A stretch of 64,000 nucleotides of DNA from an uncultured Bradyrhizobium sp. Its GTDB lineage: Bacteria; Pseudomonadota; Alphaproteobacteria; Rhizobiales; Xanthobacteraceae. Both the position numbers and the translations under genes were made by a program. The stretch is from the NCBI GenBank assembly GCA_964504705.1, contig CAZDEZ010000011.1, forward strand, positions 870 through 64,869, in the 5' to 3' direction. Positions 1-9,877 of this stretch are shown here, piece by piece; the first letter of the stretch is position 1; each line of letters begins with the position of its first letter. Below the pieces are notes generated by a model. It searched no databases. It was not told the origin of the DNA and saw only the letters and a program-made list of their open reading frames with translations.

Positions 1-61
1 TGCCTGAGGCACCTCCGGTGATCACGGCCACATTGCCTCTCGCCAGCGCAGGATGAGTCAT
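1..61 (-). CDS. SDR family oxidoreductase, N-terminus only (runs off window start)
   Basis: Reverse strand reads MTHPALARGNVAVITGGASG (start of the TGxxxGxG motif); GAGGAG Shine-Dalgarno upstream of the ATG at 61. Confidence 0.8.
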   Translation of the reverse strand, partial: MTHPALARGNVAVITGGASG

Positions 62-83
62 TTCCGTCGTCTCCTCGTCAAAT

Positions 84-977
84 TCACGACTGCAGGCTTG
101 GCGCCACTTCGCGCGCGACCTGCACCAGCGCTGCCAACAGCGGCGTCATCGGATCGCGCTGGGGAATGACGAGCCCGATCGAGTAGGTGACGTCGGGATC
201 GACGATGGGGATGGAGCGCACGGCATCCGACAGGCCGAGCGTCTCCGCCAATTTCGCCGGCATCACGCTGGCCCAGCGTCCGGTCTTGACGTGGGTATAG
301 AGCACGAGCGTCGAGTTCGAGGTCAGCGTCGGCTTCGCCTCGGCGCCGACCGAGCTCAGGGCGCGGTCGATGATGCGGCGGTTCTGCATGTCGGGGGTCA
401 GGAGGCAGAGCGGCACCTGCCCCACCTCCTTCCACGTCACCTGCTCGCGGTCGCCGAACATGGCGTCGCGTGCGGTGAGCAGACGATAGCTCTCGTTGTA
501 GAGCGGGATGGTGCGCACGTTCCCGATCGGCTCGTTCTCGATATAGCTGAGCCCCGCATCGACCTCGAGATTCTCCAGCAGCCCCAGCACGTCCGAGGAG
601 GTGCAGGACTGGATGCGGAAGCGCACATCGGGATGACGGGCGCGGAACGGCGTCGTCAGCTGCGCCACCATGCCGAGCACGGTCGGGATCGCCGCAATCT
701 TCAGCTCGCCGGAAAGTTTGTGCTTGAGGCTCCTGATCTCCTCGCGCATGGCCCGCGAGTCGCCGACGATGCGCCGCGCCCAGTCCAGCGTGCGCTCGCC
801 TTCCGGGGTAAAGCCCTGGAAGCGCGAGCCGCGCTGCACCAGCATGACGCCGAGGATCTCCTCGAGCTGCTTGAGGCTGGTGGACATCGTCGGCTGCGTC
901 ACGCCGCAGGCTTCCGCGGCGCGGCCGAAATGCCGCTCCTTGGCGAGGGCGAGCAGAAGTTCAAGCTTGTCGATCAA
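84..977 (-). CDS. LysR-family transcriptional regulator (FdsR-like)
   Basis: N-terminal HTH HFGRAAEACGVTQPTMSTSLKQLE; 297 aa; LTTR substrate-binding domain. Confidence 0.92.
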   Translation of the reverse strand: MIDKLELLLALAKERHFGRAAEACGVTQPTMSTSLKQLEEILGVMLVQRGSRFQGFTPEGERTLDWARRIVGDSRAMREEIRSLKHKLSGELKIAAIPTVLGMVAQLTTPFRARHPDVRFRIQSCTSSDVLGLLENLEVDAGLSYIENEPIGNVRTIPLYNESYRLLTARDAMFGDREQVTWKEVGQVPLCLLTPDMQNRRIIDRALSSVGAEAKPTLTSNSTLVLYTHVKTGRWASVMPAKLAETLGLSDAVRSIPIVDPDVTYSIGLVIPQRDPMTPLLAALVQVAREVAPSLQS

Positions 978-1094
978 GTGAGGCGCCTCGTTCCGGCTTC
1001 GGCTTCAGGACTACCATGACTGCGAGCCGGAAAATAAGCCAAAAACAGCGCCTTGGGCGGCTATCGACGGCGGCCATTTCGTTTCGGTATCGGC

Positions 1095-1113
1095 CGATAG
1101 CGCCGGCCAATCG
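1095..1113. promoter_or_regulatory. Putative LysR operator CGATAG-N7-CAATCG
   Basis: Imperfect palindrome with T-N11-A core upstream of lysR; extra CTATCG half-site at 1061. Confidence 0.5.
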
Positions 1114-1115
1114 GC

Positions 1116-1221
1116 CTGGAGCCGTTTCCGTTCCGATTGAATCGGAACGGGGCTCTGGATTCCTTTTTTGACGCGTTTTCGTCACGCGAACCGGTTTCCA
1201 CTTCGCTGGAAAACGCTCTAG
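1116..1221. repeat. RIME/Bru-RS-like intergenic palindromic element
   Basis: Perfect 11-bp palindrome CCGTTCCGATT-G-AATCGGAACGG (1128-1150) plus the CTAGAGCGTTTTCCAGCGAAGTGGAAACCGGTTCGCG half on the minus strand, typical of rhizobial repeats; overlaps the glnE stop. Confidence 0.8.
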
Positions 1222-4172
1222 CCCACCACCGCGGTAAACACCCGCCGCACCTCGGCCTGGGTCTCGCGCAGCCGGGCCTGCAGCGTCGAGAAGTCCGGCG
1301 TGTCCCCTGCCCGCGCCATCACGCGCAGCAGGTCTTCGCCCGCCGTGGCCGGATTGAACTTGCCGCTGACGCAGAGCCTGATGATCTGCGTCAGGTCGTG
1401 GTAGAGGCGACCCGCCCCGCGCAGCACCTCGGCGTCGGACTGCGCGAGCACGCCGAGGCGCGCGGCGTTGTCGATCACGGCGAGCGTGGAGACGCTGAGG
1501 ATGTCGGGCTTTTCGGCGGCATGGACGAGCTGCAGGTACTGCGCGATGAAGTCGATGTCGACGGTGCCGCCGGCGGCATATTTCAGGTCCCAGACGTCGT
1601 CCTCGCCCTTTTCCTGCGCGATGGCGCGGCGCATGTCGGCGACGTCGGCCGCCGTGGCCGTCGCGTCGCGCGGACGGACCAGCACGGCGCGGATAACCTC
1701 CTCGATCTTGCGGCGGAACTCCGGCGACGACGAGATCACCCGCGCCCGGGTCAGCGCCATGTGCTCCCAGGTCCAGGCCTCGCGCTCCTGGTAGTCGGCA
1801 AAGGAATCCAGCCGCGACGCCAGCGGACCGGCGCGGCCCGACGGGCGCAGCCGCATGTCGATCTCGTACAGCACGCCGTAATTGGTGCGCGTGGTGAAGG
1901 CGCTGATCAGCCGCTGGGTGAAGCGCGCGAAATACTGTGCGCCGTGCAGCGAGCGCGCGCCGTCGGAGTCCGGCTGCTCGTGGTCGTAGTCGTAGAGCAG
2001 AATCAGGTCGAGGTCGGAGGACGCCGTCATCTCGCGGCTGCCCAGCCGGCCCATGGCGACGATCGCGGTCTGCTGGTCCCTGATCTTGCCGTACTGTCCG
2101 GCGAACTGGTCGGTGACGAGGCCGTGCACGGTGTGGACGATGCCCTCGGCGACGTCGGCGAAGGCGCCGCCGGCCTGCTGGGCGGAAACCGTACCCGACA
2201 GGATGCGCGTGCCGATCAGGAACAGGCTCTCCTGCCCGAACAGGCGTAGCCGGTCGAGAAAGTCCTCGTAGGAACCGGCGTCCTTCAGCGTGGCGGCGAG
2301 GCGTTCGGAAAGCTCCTTGCGGTCCGGCATCGCGCCGAAGAAGCGCGGGTCGATCAGGCCGTCCATGATCTGCGGCTGCCGCGCCAGCATGTCGCCGAGC
2401 CGCGGCGCCGCGCCGAGGATCAGCGCCACCAGTGCAACGAGATCCGGGTTCTGGCTGAGCAGCGAGATCAGCCGCCCGCCGCGCTGCAGCGCCTGCAGGA
2501 AGCCATCGAACGCGGTGACGGCATTGTCGGGCTCCTCGGCATGGGCGAGGCCGTCGATCAGGCCGGGCACGAACTCGACGAAGGCGTTTCGCGTCGCCTC
2601 GTTGCGGAGCGCGCGATAGTCGCCGGTCAGCCATTGCTGCACGGTGGTGGCCACCATCGCCGGCTTCTTGAAGCCGAGCGCCAGCAGATGATCGAGCAGG
2701 CGCTGATCCTCGGGGCCAGCGGCATAATCGAGGTCGGGCAGCTTCTCCGTGCCGGCCGGATCGCCCTCGAACAGGCGGCTGTAATGTCCCTGCACGATGT
2801 CGAGATGGCCGACCAGGTCCTTGGCAAAGGCCTGGCGGCTGTCATAGCCGAAGAAAGCGGCAAAGCGTTCGACCGCCTCGGCTTCCTCGGGCAGCGCATG
2901 GGTCTGCTCGTCCGCGATCATCTGCAGGCGATGCTCGACCCGGCGCAGGAATTCGTACGCCGCCGCCAGCTCGTCACGCGCCTCAAAGGTTATCCAGTTG
3001 CTGGCCGCGAGCACGTCGAGCGCGGCAAGCGTCGGCCGCACCCGCAATTCCGGGTGGCGGCCGCCGGCGATCAGTTGCTGGGTCTGGGCGAAGAACTCGA
3101 TCTCGCGGATGCCGCCGCGGCCGACCTTGACGTTGTGACCCTCGACCGCGATCTCGCTCTGGCCGCGATAGGTCTGCATCTGCCGCTTCATATCGTGGAC
3201 GTCGGCGAGCGCCGCGAAATCCAGATGCTTGCGCCAGACGAAGGGTGCGATCTCGGCGACCAGCGCTTCGCCCGCGGCAAGGTCGCCGGCGCACGGCCGC
3301 GCCTTGATCATAGCCGCACGCTCCCAGGTGCGCCCTTCCCGCTCGTAGTAATGCAGCGCGGCTTCGGTCGAGATCGCGACCTGGGTCGAGGCCGGGTCCG
3401 GCCGCAGCCGCAGGTCGACGCGGAATACGTAGCCCTCGCCGGTGCGCTGCTGCAGCAGCCGCGCCATCGCTTGCGTTACGCGCACGAAAAACGGCTGCGG
3501 CTCGATATCCGGATCGAGCGATGTCGCATTGCGATCGAAGAACACGATGAGATCGATGTCGCTGGAATAGTTCAGTTCGCCCGCGCCCATCTTGCCCATG
3601 GCGAGCACGATGAGGCCGCTGCCCCGCTCCGGATGCTCCGGGTCGGGAGCCTTGAGCCGACCGCGCGCCGTCTCGTTGCGCAGCACGAAACGCAGCGCCA
3701 TCTGCACCGAAGCGGTTGCCAGATCGGTCAGCGCCGCGGTCACCCGCATCACCGGCCATACGCCGCCGATGTCGCACAGCGCGACGAGGAGCGCGGTTTC
3801 CGCCTTCATGCGGCGGAGGATAAGCGCCACGTCGGCCTCGCCGGCGGCGGACCACACCGCGGCGGAAGCGTCCTCGATCAGGGAGGCGAGATGCGACTCC
3901 GGGTCGCACGATAAAATGCGGATCAGCCGCGCCGCGTCGGTGCGGACGAGGTCGAACAGGTAGGGCGAGAACTCGGCGATGCCGAGCAGGATCGCCCGCG
4001 CATTGGCATGGCCGAGCAGCGCATCGAGCGCGGCCGAATGCGCGGGCTCGAGCTCGCAGAGCCAGTCGGCAAGGCGTTGTTCGGCTTTATCGGGAGCGGA
4101 GACATACGGCCCCGCAACGAAGCGGGCGGCGAGTGGATGTCGTTCCGCGTTTCCCGGCGCGGAGGCGTTCAT
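1218..4172 (-). CDS. glnE: Bifunctional glutamine synthetase adenylyltransferase/adenylyl-removing enzyme
   Basis: Two nucleotidyltransferase motifs, GKMGAGELNYSSDIDL and GRLGSREMTASSDLDL; DLRLRP; start MNASAP overlaps the upstream stop (ATGA). Confidence 0.96.
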   Translation of the reverse strand: MNASAPGNAERHPLAARFVAGPYVSAPDKAEQRLADWLCELEPAHSAALDALLGHANARAILLGIAEFSPYLFDLVRTDAARLIRILSCDPESHLASLIEDASAAVWSAAGEADVALILRRMKAETALLVALCDIGGVWPVMRVTAALTDLATASVQMALRFVLRNETARGRLKAPDPEHPERGSGLIVLAMGKMGAGELNYSSDIDLIVFFDRNATSLDPDIEPQPFFVRVTQAMARLLQQRTGEGYVFRVDLRLRPDPASTQVAISTEAALHYYEREGRTWERAAMIKARPCAGDLAAGEALVAEIAPFVWRKHLDFAALADVHDMKRQMQTYRGQSEIAVEGHNVKVGRGGIREIEFFAQTQQLIAGGRHPELRVRPTLAALDVLAASNWITFEARDELAAAYEFLRRVEHRLQMIADEQTHALPEEAEAVERFAAFFGYDSRQAFAKDLVGHLDIVQGHYSRLFEGDPAGTEKLPDLDYAAGPEDQRLLDHLLALGFKKPAMVATTVQQWLTGDYRALRNEATRNAFVEFVPGLIDGLAHAEEPDNAVTAFDGFLQALQRGGRLISLLSQNPDLVALVALILGAAPRLGDMLARQPQIMDGLIDPRFFGAMPDRKELSERLAATLKDAGSYEDFLDRLRLFGQESLFLIGTRILSGTVSAQQAGGAFADVAEGIVHTVHGLVTDQFAGQYGKIRDQQTAIVAMGRLGSREMTASSDLDLILLYDYDHEQPDSDGARSLHGAQYFARFTQRLISAFTTRTNYGVLYEIDMRLRPSGRAGPLASRLDSFADYQEREAWTWEHMALTRARVISSSPEFRRKIEEVIRAVLVRPRDATATAADVADMRRAIAQEKGEDDVWDLKYAAGGTVDIDFIAQYLQLVHAAEKPDILSVSTLAVIDNAARLGVLAQSDAEVLRGAGRLYHDLTQIIRLCVSGKFNPATAGEDLLRVMARAGDTPDFSTLQARLRETQAEVRRVFTAVVG

Positions 4173-5620
4173 GCCACCTTCTGTGGCACATCCGGCGTTT
4201 GCGCCGCAAGCCTCTCGCCGCTGCGCGCCGGCAGCACCAGCGTCGCCACCAGGCCCGGATGCGCATCGCCGAGCCGAAGCTCGCCGCCATGGAGGGTCGC
4301 GACCGCATTGGCGAGACTGAGGCCGAGGCCGGAGCCCGGCAGCGTACGGCTCGCCTCCAGGCGCACGAAACGCTCGATGGCGTGCTTGCGGTCGGCTTCG
4401 GCAATGCCGGGGCCGCGGTCGGTGACGCTGAGCAGCACCCGGTCGCCCTCGCGCCGCGCCTCGATCACGATCTCCCGCGCCGCCTTGATGCCGAGCGGCT
4501 GCGCGGCGGCCGAGGGCTTGCCGTACTTGATGGCATTCTCCACCAGATTGGCGAGTGCCTGGCTGATCAATTCGCGGTTGCCGTGGAGCGGCGCCGCCGC
4601 CGCCTTGACCGTCAGCGTCATGCCGTCGTCTTCGGCGAGCGGCTCGTAGAGCTCGTAGATGCCGTTGGCGACTTCGGCGGCGTCGAAATCGTCCATGTTG
4701 CCGCGCGCCTGGCCGGATTCGGCGCGCGCGATCATCAACAGCGCGTTGAAGGTGCGGATCAGCCCGTCGGATTCCTCGATGGTGCGCTCCAGCGCCGCGC
4801 GATAATCGGCCTCGCTGCCGGCACGCGCCAGCGCCTCCTCGGCGCGGTTGCGCAGCCGCGTCAGCGGCGTCTTCAGGTCGTGCGCGATGTTGTCGGAGAC
4901 TTCCTTGAGGCCGTTCATCAGCGCCTCGATGCGCTCCAGCATCGCATTGAGGTTGCCGGCGAGCCGATCGAGCTCGTCGCCGCTCCTGCCCACCGGCAGG
5001 CGGCCCGAGAGGTCGCCGGCCATGATGCGCTGGGTGGTGCCGGTCATGGCGTCGATCCGGCGCAGCACGCGGCGCGACACGAAGATGCCGCCGCCGATGC
5101 CGAGCACGACCATGACCAGCAGCGACCATTGCGCGCCCTTGGCGACGATGCCGAACAGGCGCCGCCGCTCCTCGAGGTCGCGCCCGATCAGCAGGCGAAA
5201 GCCGTTGCTGAGCTCTGTGACCTTCACCAGCGCGCGGTGCTCGGCGTTGTCGTTGTCCTCGAGCCGACGGTAGGAGGTTTCCGACCAGCCGGTGGTCGCC
5301 ATCACGCCGGGCGAGAGCGAGGCGACGTTGCCGCCGAGCGCCACGCCGGTCGGGGTGGTGAGGAGATAGAGATTGGCGCCGGGCCGCAGCGCGCGGTTGC
5401 CGATGGTGAAGGCGAGCCCGCGCAGGCCGCGCCTGAGATAGATCTCGTTGATCTCGGAGGCCTCGGCATTGACCGTGGTGGTGATCTGCTCGGTGATCAG
5501 CCGCCTTGTATTCCAGGCGAAGAAGGCCAGCAGCGACGCCGCGAACAGCGCGAACAGCAGGAGATAGACCAGCGTCAGGCGAAACGCCGTGGTGCGGATC
5601 AGTTTGCCGAACGCCCCCAC
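4169..5620 (-). CDS. HAMP-domain sensor histidine kinase (cognate of the upstream OmpR-family regulator)
   Basis: 2 TM, HAMP, H-box IAHDLKTPL, N-box NLVENAIKY, G2 GSGLGLS. Confidence 0.93.
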   Translation of the reverse strand: MGAFGKLIRTTAFRLTLVYLLLFALFAASLLAFFAWNTRRLITEQITTTVNAEASEINEIYLRRGLRGLAFTIGNRALRPGANLYLLTTPTGVALGGNVASLSPGVMATTGWSETSYRRLEDNDNAEHRALVKVTELSNGFRLLIGRDLEERRRLFGIVAKGAQWSLLVMVVLGIGGGIFVSRRVLRRIDAMTGTTQRIMAGDLSGRLPVGRSGDELDRLAGNLNAMLERIEALMNGLKEVSDNIAHDLKTPLTRLRNRAEEALARAGSEADYRAALERTIEESDGLIRTFNALLMIARAESGQARGNMDDFDAAEVANGIYELYEPLAEDDGMTLTVKAAAAPLHGNRELISQALANLVENAIKYGKPSAAAQPLGIKAAREIVIEARREGDRVLLSVTDRGPGIAEADRKHAIERFVRLEASRTLPGSGLGLSLANAVATLHGGELRLGDAHPGLVATLVLPARSGERLAAQTPDVPQKVA

Positions 5621-5626
5621 CGGCCT

Positions 5627-6307
5627 CTACCGGATGCCGTCGCGGATCATGTAGCCGGCGCCGCGGATCGTGTGCAGCAGCGGACGGTCGAATCCCTTGT
5701 CGATCTTGGAGCGCAGGCGCGAGATGTGGACGTCGATGACGTTGGTCTGCGGATCGAAGTGATAGTCCCAGACGTTCTCCAGCAGCATGGTGCGCGTCAC
5801 CACCTGGCCGGCATGCTTCATCAGATATTCGAGCAGGCGGAACTCGCGCGGCTGCAGGGTCAGCTCTTCCTTGCCGCGCACCACGCGGTGCGACAGCCGG
5901 TCGAGTTCGAGATCGCCGACCTTGTAGACGGTCTCTTCCGCAGGGCCGCCGTGGCGCCGCGACAGCACCTCGACGCGGGCGAGCAGCTCGGCGAACGAAT
6001 AGGGTTTCGGCAGATAGTCGTCGCCGCCGGCGCGCAGGCCCTTGATGCGGTCGTCGACCTGGCCGAGCGCGGACAGGATCAGCACCGGCGTGCGGTTGCC
6101 CTTGTCGCGCAGCGCACCGATCAGCGAAAGGCCGTCGCGCTTGGGCAGCATGCGGTCGACCACCAGCACGTCGTAGTCGCCGCTGTCGGCGAGCGCCAGT
6201 CCCTCCTCGCCGTCGGTGGCGAGGTCGGCGACATGTCCGACCTCGCGGAACGCCTTGACCAGATAGTCGGCGGATTCGCGGTCGTCTTCGACAATCAGAA
6301 GGCGCAT
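5627..6307 (-). CDS. OmpR/PhoB-family response regulator (CpxR/RagA-like, downstream of degP); alternative start at 6364
   Basis: MRLLIVEDD receiver, phosphoacceptor VVDRMLP, KPY, winged helix NVIDVHISRLRSK...TIRGAGY. Confidence 0.93.
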   Translation of the reverse strand: MRLLIVEDDRESADYLVKAFREVGHVADLATDGEEGLALADSGDYDVLVVDRMLPKRDGLSLIGALRDKGNRTPVLILSALGQVDDRIKGLRAGGDDYLPKPYSFAELLARVEVLSRRHGGPAEETVYKVGDLELDRLSHRVVRGKEELTLQPREFRLLEYLMKHAGQVVTRTMLLENVWDYHFDPQTNVIDVHISRLRSKIDKGFDRPLLHTIRGAGYMIRDGIR

Positions 6308-6415
6308 GCTGGGATTGGCACTTGGGTTGGTGGCTGACGTCACCGGATTGAGCTCTGTCACCATGGCGTGACTGATCCTCTCATGCAAGGCGGGGGAGCG
6401 CCCTCTCGACGAGTT

Positions 6416-6454
6416 GAAAAAAGCGGGCGGCGAGGCTGGGGGACCTCGCCGCCC
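6416..6454 (-). terminator. Rho-independent terminator downstream of degP
   Basis: 11-bp stem GGGCGGCGAGG/CCTCGCCGCCC followed by a U-tract on the minus strand. Confidence 0.8.
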
Positions 6455-6583
6455 TAAGCCCCTTCCGACGGAGGGGGGCGTATTCCACCGGAAGGTAGCC
6501 AGAGGGAGCGAGCTTTGGACCCGCTCCCCGGAAAGCGCCGCGGCGGGGGCGACTGATGCCGGCGACACTCTCCATCTGGATAC
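6416..6583 (-). ncRNA. Candidate degP 3'-UTR-derived sRNA (four hairpins, three with C-rich loops)
   Basis: Consecutive stems at 6536-6564, 6504-6528, 6461-6495 and 6425-6454; loops include GUCGCCCCC, UACGCCCCCC and UCCCCCAG. Confidence 0.4.
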
Positions 6584-8173
6584 TTAACCCTTGGCCAGCG
6601 GCACTGCCACGAAGCGCGACGAACCGCCGCTCTTCACGCGCATCAGCACGCTGTTCTTATTGTCGCTGCGGGCGGAGGAGATGGCATCGCGGACGTCGTC
6701 CGCGCTGGCCACGGTCTTGCCGCCGACTTCGAGGATCACGTCGCCTTCCTTGAAGCCGCGTTCGGCCGCGGCGCTCTTCGGATCGACTTCGGTCACCACG
6801 ACGCCTTCCTTGCCGGCACCGGCAACGCTGTTGGCGGGCGCAACCGTCATGCCGAGCTTCGGCACGTCGGTTCCGCGGGCGGACTTGCCCTTCTCCTTGT
6901 CGAGGTCGGCCTTGGCCTCAACCGTGTTCGGCAACTGGCCGAGCGTCAGGTTGATGACCTTGTCCTGGCCCTTCTGCAGCACGTTCAGCTTCACGGCATT
7001 GCCGGGCGCAAGACCGCCGATGGTGCGGGCGAGTTCCTTGGCATCCTTGACCGGCTCGCCGTTGACGCCGGTAATCACGTCACCGGACTGGATGCCGGCC
7101 TTGGCCGCGGGACCGTTGGCCTGCGGTTCGGCAACCAGCGCGCCTTCCGCCTTCTTCATGCCGAGGCTGTCGGCGATGTCGGCGGTGACCGGCTGGATCT
7201 GGACGCCGATCCAGCCGCGGCTGACGGTGCCCTTGTCCTTGAGCTGGGCGATCACGCTCTTCACCGTGGAGGCGGGGATCGAGAACGCGATGCCGACGCT
7301 GCCGCCGGACGGCGAGTAGATCGCGGTGTTGACGCCCATCACCTCACCCGACACGTCGAACGCGGGGCCGCCGGAATTGCCCTTGTTCACGGGCGCGTCG
7401 ATCTGGATGAAGTCGTCATACGGACCGCTGCCGATGTCGCGGCCGGAAGCCGAGACGATGCCGGCAGTCACGGTGCCGCCGAGGCCGAAGGGATTGCCGA
7501 CCGCGAGCACCCAGTCGCCGATCCGCGGCTTGCTGTCCGAGAGCTTGGCAAACGGGAAGTCGGTGCGGCCGGCGACCTTGATCAGCGCCAGATCGGTGCG
7601 CGGATCGGTGCCGATCACCTTGGCGGTGTAGGTCTTGCCGTCGTCGGTGGTGACCTCGACCTTGTCGGCGCCGTCAACCACGTGGTTGTTGGTCACGGCA
7701 AAGCCGTCGGGCGAAATGAAGAAGCCGGAACCCTGGCCGGTCGTCGGGCCACGGCCGCCGCGCGGACCGCCCTTCAGGCCCGGAGGCAGTCCATCCGGAC
7801 CGCCGAAGCGGCGGAAGAAGCGCTCCATCGGCGAGCCCGGCTGGAACGGCGAATCGTCCTTGTCGGCGCTGTCGTCCTTCGCGGACTTGTCGGCCATCGC
7901 GACTTTCACCGAAATCACCGAAGGCTTCACGCGCTCGACAATGTCGGCAAAGCCGGTGGGCTGCGCGACCTTGCGGACTTCCTGGTTGACCTGCGCATGG
8001 GCCGCGCTGGAGAAGACGTCAATCGGGCCGTGCGTGGGGCCGAAACCAAAGGCGGCGGCGCCGAGACCGGCGACGACCGAGGCCATCAGCGCGAACTTGC
8101 GCAGCGAAAGGACCGGGCGCTTCGGCGCCTGGTAGGACGGGAAATTCGAGAGGTCGACGGGGCGTTCAGTCAT
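6584..8173 (-). CDS. degP: Do/HtrA-family periplasmic serine endoprotease with two PDZ domains
   Basis: GSGFFIS, TNNHVV, DLALIK, NKGNSGGP catalytic triad; PDZ RGWIGV. Confidence 0.95.
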   Translation of the reverse strand: MTERPVDLSNFPSYQAPKRPVLSLRKFALMASVVAGLGAAAFGFGPTHGPIDVFSSAAHAQVNQEVRKVAQPTGFADIVERVKPSVISVKVAMADKSAKDDSADKDDSPFQPGSPMERFFRRFGGPDGLPPGLKGGPRGGRGPTTGQGSGFFISPDGFAVTNNHVVDGADKVEVTTDDGKTYTAKVIGTDPRTDLALIKVAGRTDFPFAKLSDSKPRIGDWVLAVGNPFGLGGTVTAGIVSASGRDIGSGPYDDFIQIDAPVNKGNSGGPAFDVSGEVMGVNTAIYSPSGGSVGIAFSIPASTVKSVIAQLKDKGTVSRGWIGVQIQPVTADIADSLGMKKAEGALVAEPQANGPAAKAGIQSGDVITGVNGEPVKDAKELARTIGGLAPGNAVKLNVLQKGQDKVINLTLGQLPNTVEAKADLDKEKGKSARGTDVPKLGMTVAPANSVAGAGKEGVVVTEVDPKSAAAERGFKEGDVILEVGGKTVASADDVRDAISSARSDNKNSVLMRVKSGGSSRFVAVPLAKG

Positions 8174-8395
8174 TCTGGTAAGTCTCCAACTGAAGAGAAT
8201 TTCGACGGTGCGGGGGCGTGCACCTCACAGAGCCGAACATGGGGGCTCCCGCCTTACGGCGCGCTGGCGAAGGGGTTAAATTTTTGTAATGGAGACGAGG
8301 CCGGGCTGCGGCAGTTTAACGCAGCTTTTCCAATAGCTTATTGGCCGATCCTGACCTTGCCGGAATGGCTTGCGGGCCGCTCGCCCGCCGCAGGC

Positions 8396-9739
8396 TCAAA
8401 TGGCGCGGACGCTGGCGATGAAGCCGCCCACCTCGTCCTTGAGGATTTCGGCCTGGCGCGACAGATCGACCGCGGAATCCCGCGCGTCCTTCGCCATCCG
8501 GCCGGTCTCCGCGGAGGTGGTGGTGATCTGCACGATGTTGTCGCTGACGTCCCTGGTGCCCCTGGCGGCAACCTGGACGCTGTTGGAAATGTCCTGCGTG
8601 GCGTTGCGCTGTTGCGCCGTGTCGACGTCGATCCCCGACATGATCGCGTTGATGTCGGCGATCGTGTTCGAGATGCCGTCGATGGCCCCGCGGGTTTCCG
8701 CGGTGATGGCCTGGATGCTGGCGACCTGGGTCGAGATTTCCTCGGTCGCCTTGCTGGTCTGGCCGGCGAGGTTCTTGACCTCGGAGGCGACCACCGCAAA
8801 CCCCTTGCCCGCCTCGCCCGCCCGCGCGGCCTCGATCGTGGCGTTGAGCGCCAGCAGATTGGTCTGGGCGGCAACCGCCTGGATCAGTTGCACGACCGTG
8901 CCGATCCGCTCCGCGGCTTCGGAAAGCGCGTGAATGGTGTCGCAGCTCTTGCGGGCCTGCGCGGCGGCTCCCTCGGCGCGCTGGGTCGCATCGGTGACGC
9001 GGCGGCTGATGGCGCCGATCGAGGTCGTCATGTCCCCTGCAGAGGCGGCTACCGTCTGCACGCTGTTGCTCGCCTGGCCGGCGGCACTGGCGACCGCGCT
9101 CGCCTTGTCGCTGGTGTCGTTGGCGGCATGCGACAGCCGCTCCGCGTTGCTTTGCAGGCGAACCGCGGACGCGGCAACGCTGTCGACGACACCGGCGACC
9201 ATTTCGTTGAACTGCCCGATCCGCTCGTCGAGCTGGCGGGTGCGCTCGCGCTGACGCTGCGCCTCGTGCAACTCCTGCTCCGTCAGTCGGCGGCGCTCGA
9301 TGCCGTTCTTCTTGAAGACTTCGAGGGCGCCCGCCAGGAGGCCGATCTCGTTGCTGCGGCCGAGGCCGGGAATCCGAACGTCGAATTTCTGTTCGGCAAC
9401 CTCGCTCATCGCACGCACCATCGCCGCCAGCGGCCGCATCACGCCGTCGCGGACCGCGAAATAGGCGATCAGGCACACCGCGCTGGCAACCACCGCAATG
9501 GCGGCACAGGCGATCAGGAAATAGGAGAATGCCGCCTGCGCCTGCTGATAGATCAGCATCGCATGATCGCGGCCGGGACCGCTGAGCGCCTTGAACTCGG
9601 CGGCGAGACTGGTGATCTCGTTGTTGAGATAGAGCACCGCGACGAAGCCGGTGCCGCCGCCGATGCCCAGCAGCAGCAACAGCGCGAACACGACTGCGCC
9701 GACGAGAAAGCGGATGGTCAGATTGCTGTTGGAGAACAT
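8396..9739 (-). CDS. Methyl-accepting chemotaxis protein
   Basis: Two TMs, HAMP, signalling hairpin [31 protein letters not shown]. Confidence 0.93.
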   Translation of the reverse strand: MFSNSNLTIRFLVGAVVFALLLLLGIGGGTGFVAVLYLNNEITSLAAEFKALSGPGRDHAMLIYQQAQAAFSYFLIACAAIAVVASAVCLIAYFAVRDGVMRPLAAMVRAMSEVAEQKFDVRIPGLGRSNEIGLLAGALEVFKKNGIERRRLTEQELHEAQRQRERTRQLDERIGQFNEMVAGVVDSVAASAVRLQSNAERLSHAANDTSDKASAVASAAGQASNSVQTVAASAGDMTTSIGAISRRVTDATQRAEGAAAQARKSCDTIHALSEAAERIGTVVQLIQAVAAQTNLLALNATIEAARAGEAGKGFAVVASEVKNLAGQTSKATEEISTQVASIQAITAETRGAIDGISNTIADINAIMSGIDVDTAQQRNATQDISNSVQVAARGTRDVSDNIVQITTTSAETGRMAKDARDSAVDLSRQAEILKDEVGGFIASVRAI

Positions 9740-9877
9740 CGGATCGCTCGAAACGGAGGCGGGAACGCCCTGCAATTTCAGCGCAAACCGTCAAGAATGC
9801 ATGAATGTCGCCGCGCCGCCTCGGGCCTCCGTAACATTACGTAGGTCGATGCCGGTGTTGCTACGGGATCAGTCGAA

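Noticed and set aside
4173-5129. 1303-aa version of glnE in the ORF track
   Set aside because: The extension is an out-of-frame overlap with the kinase gene; the ATG at 4172 overlaps the kinase stop
8276-8290. TTAA/GTAA repeat upstream of degP as a CpxR-like box
   Set aside because: Plausible but too short and degenerate to support without conservation data
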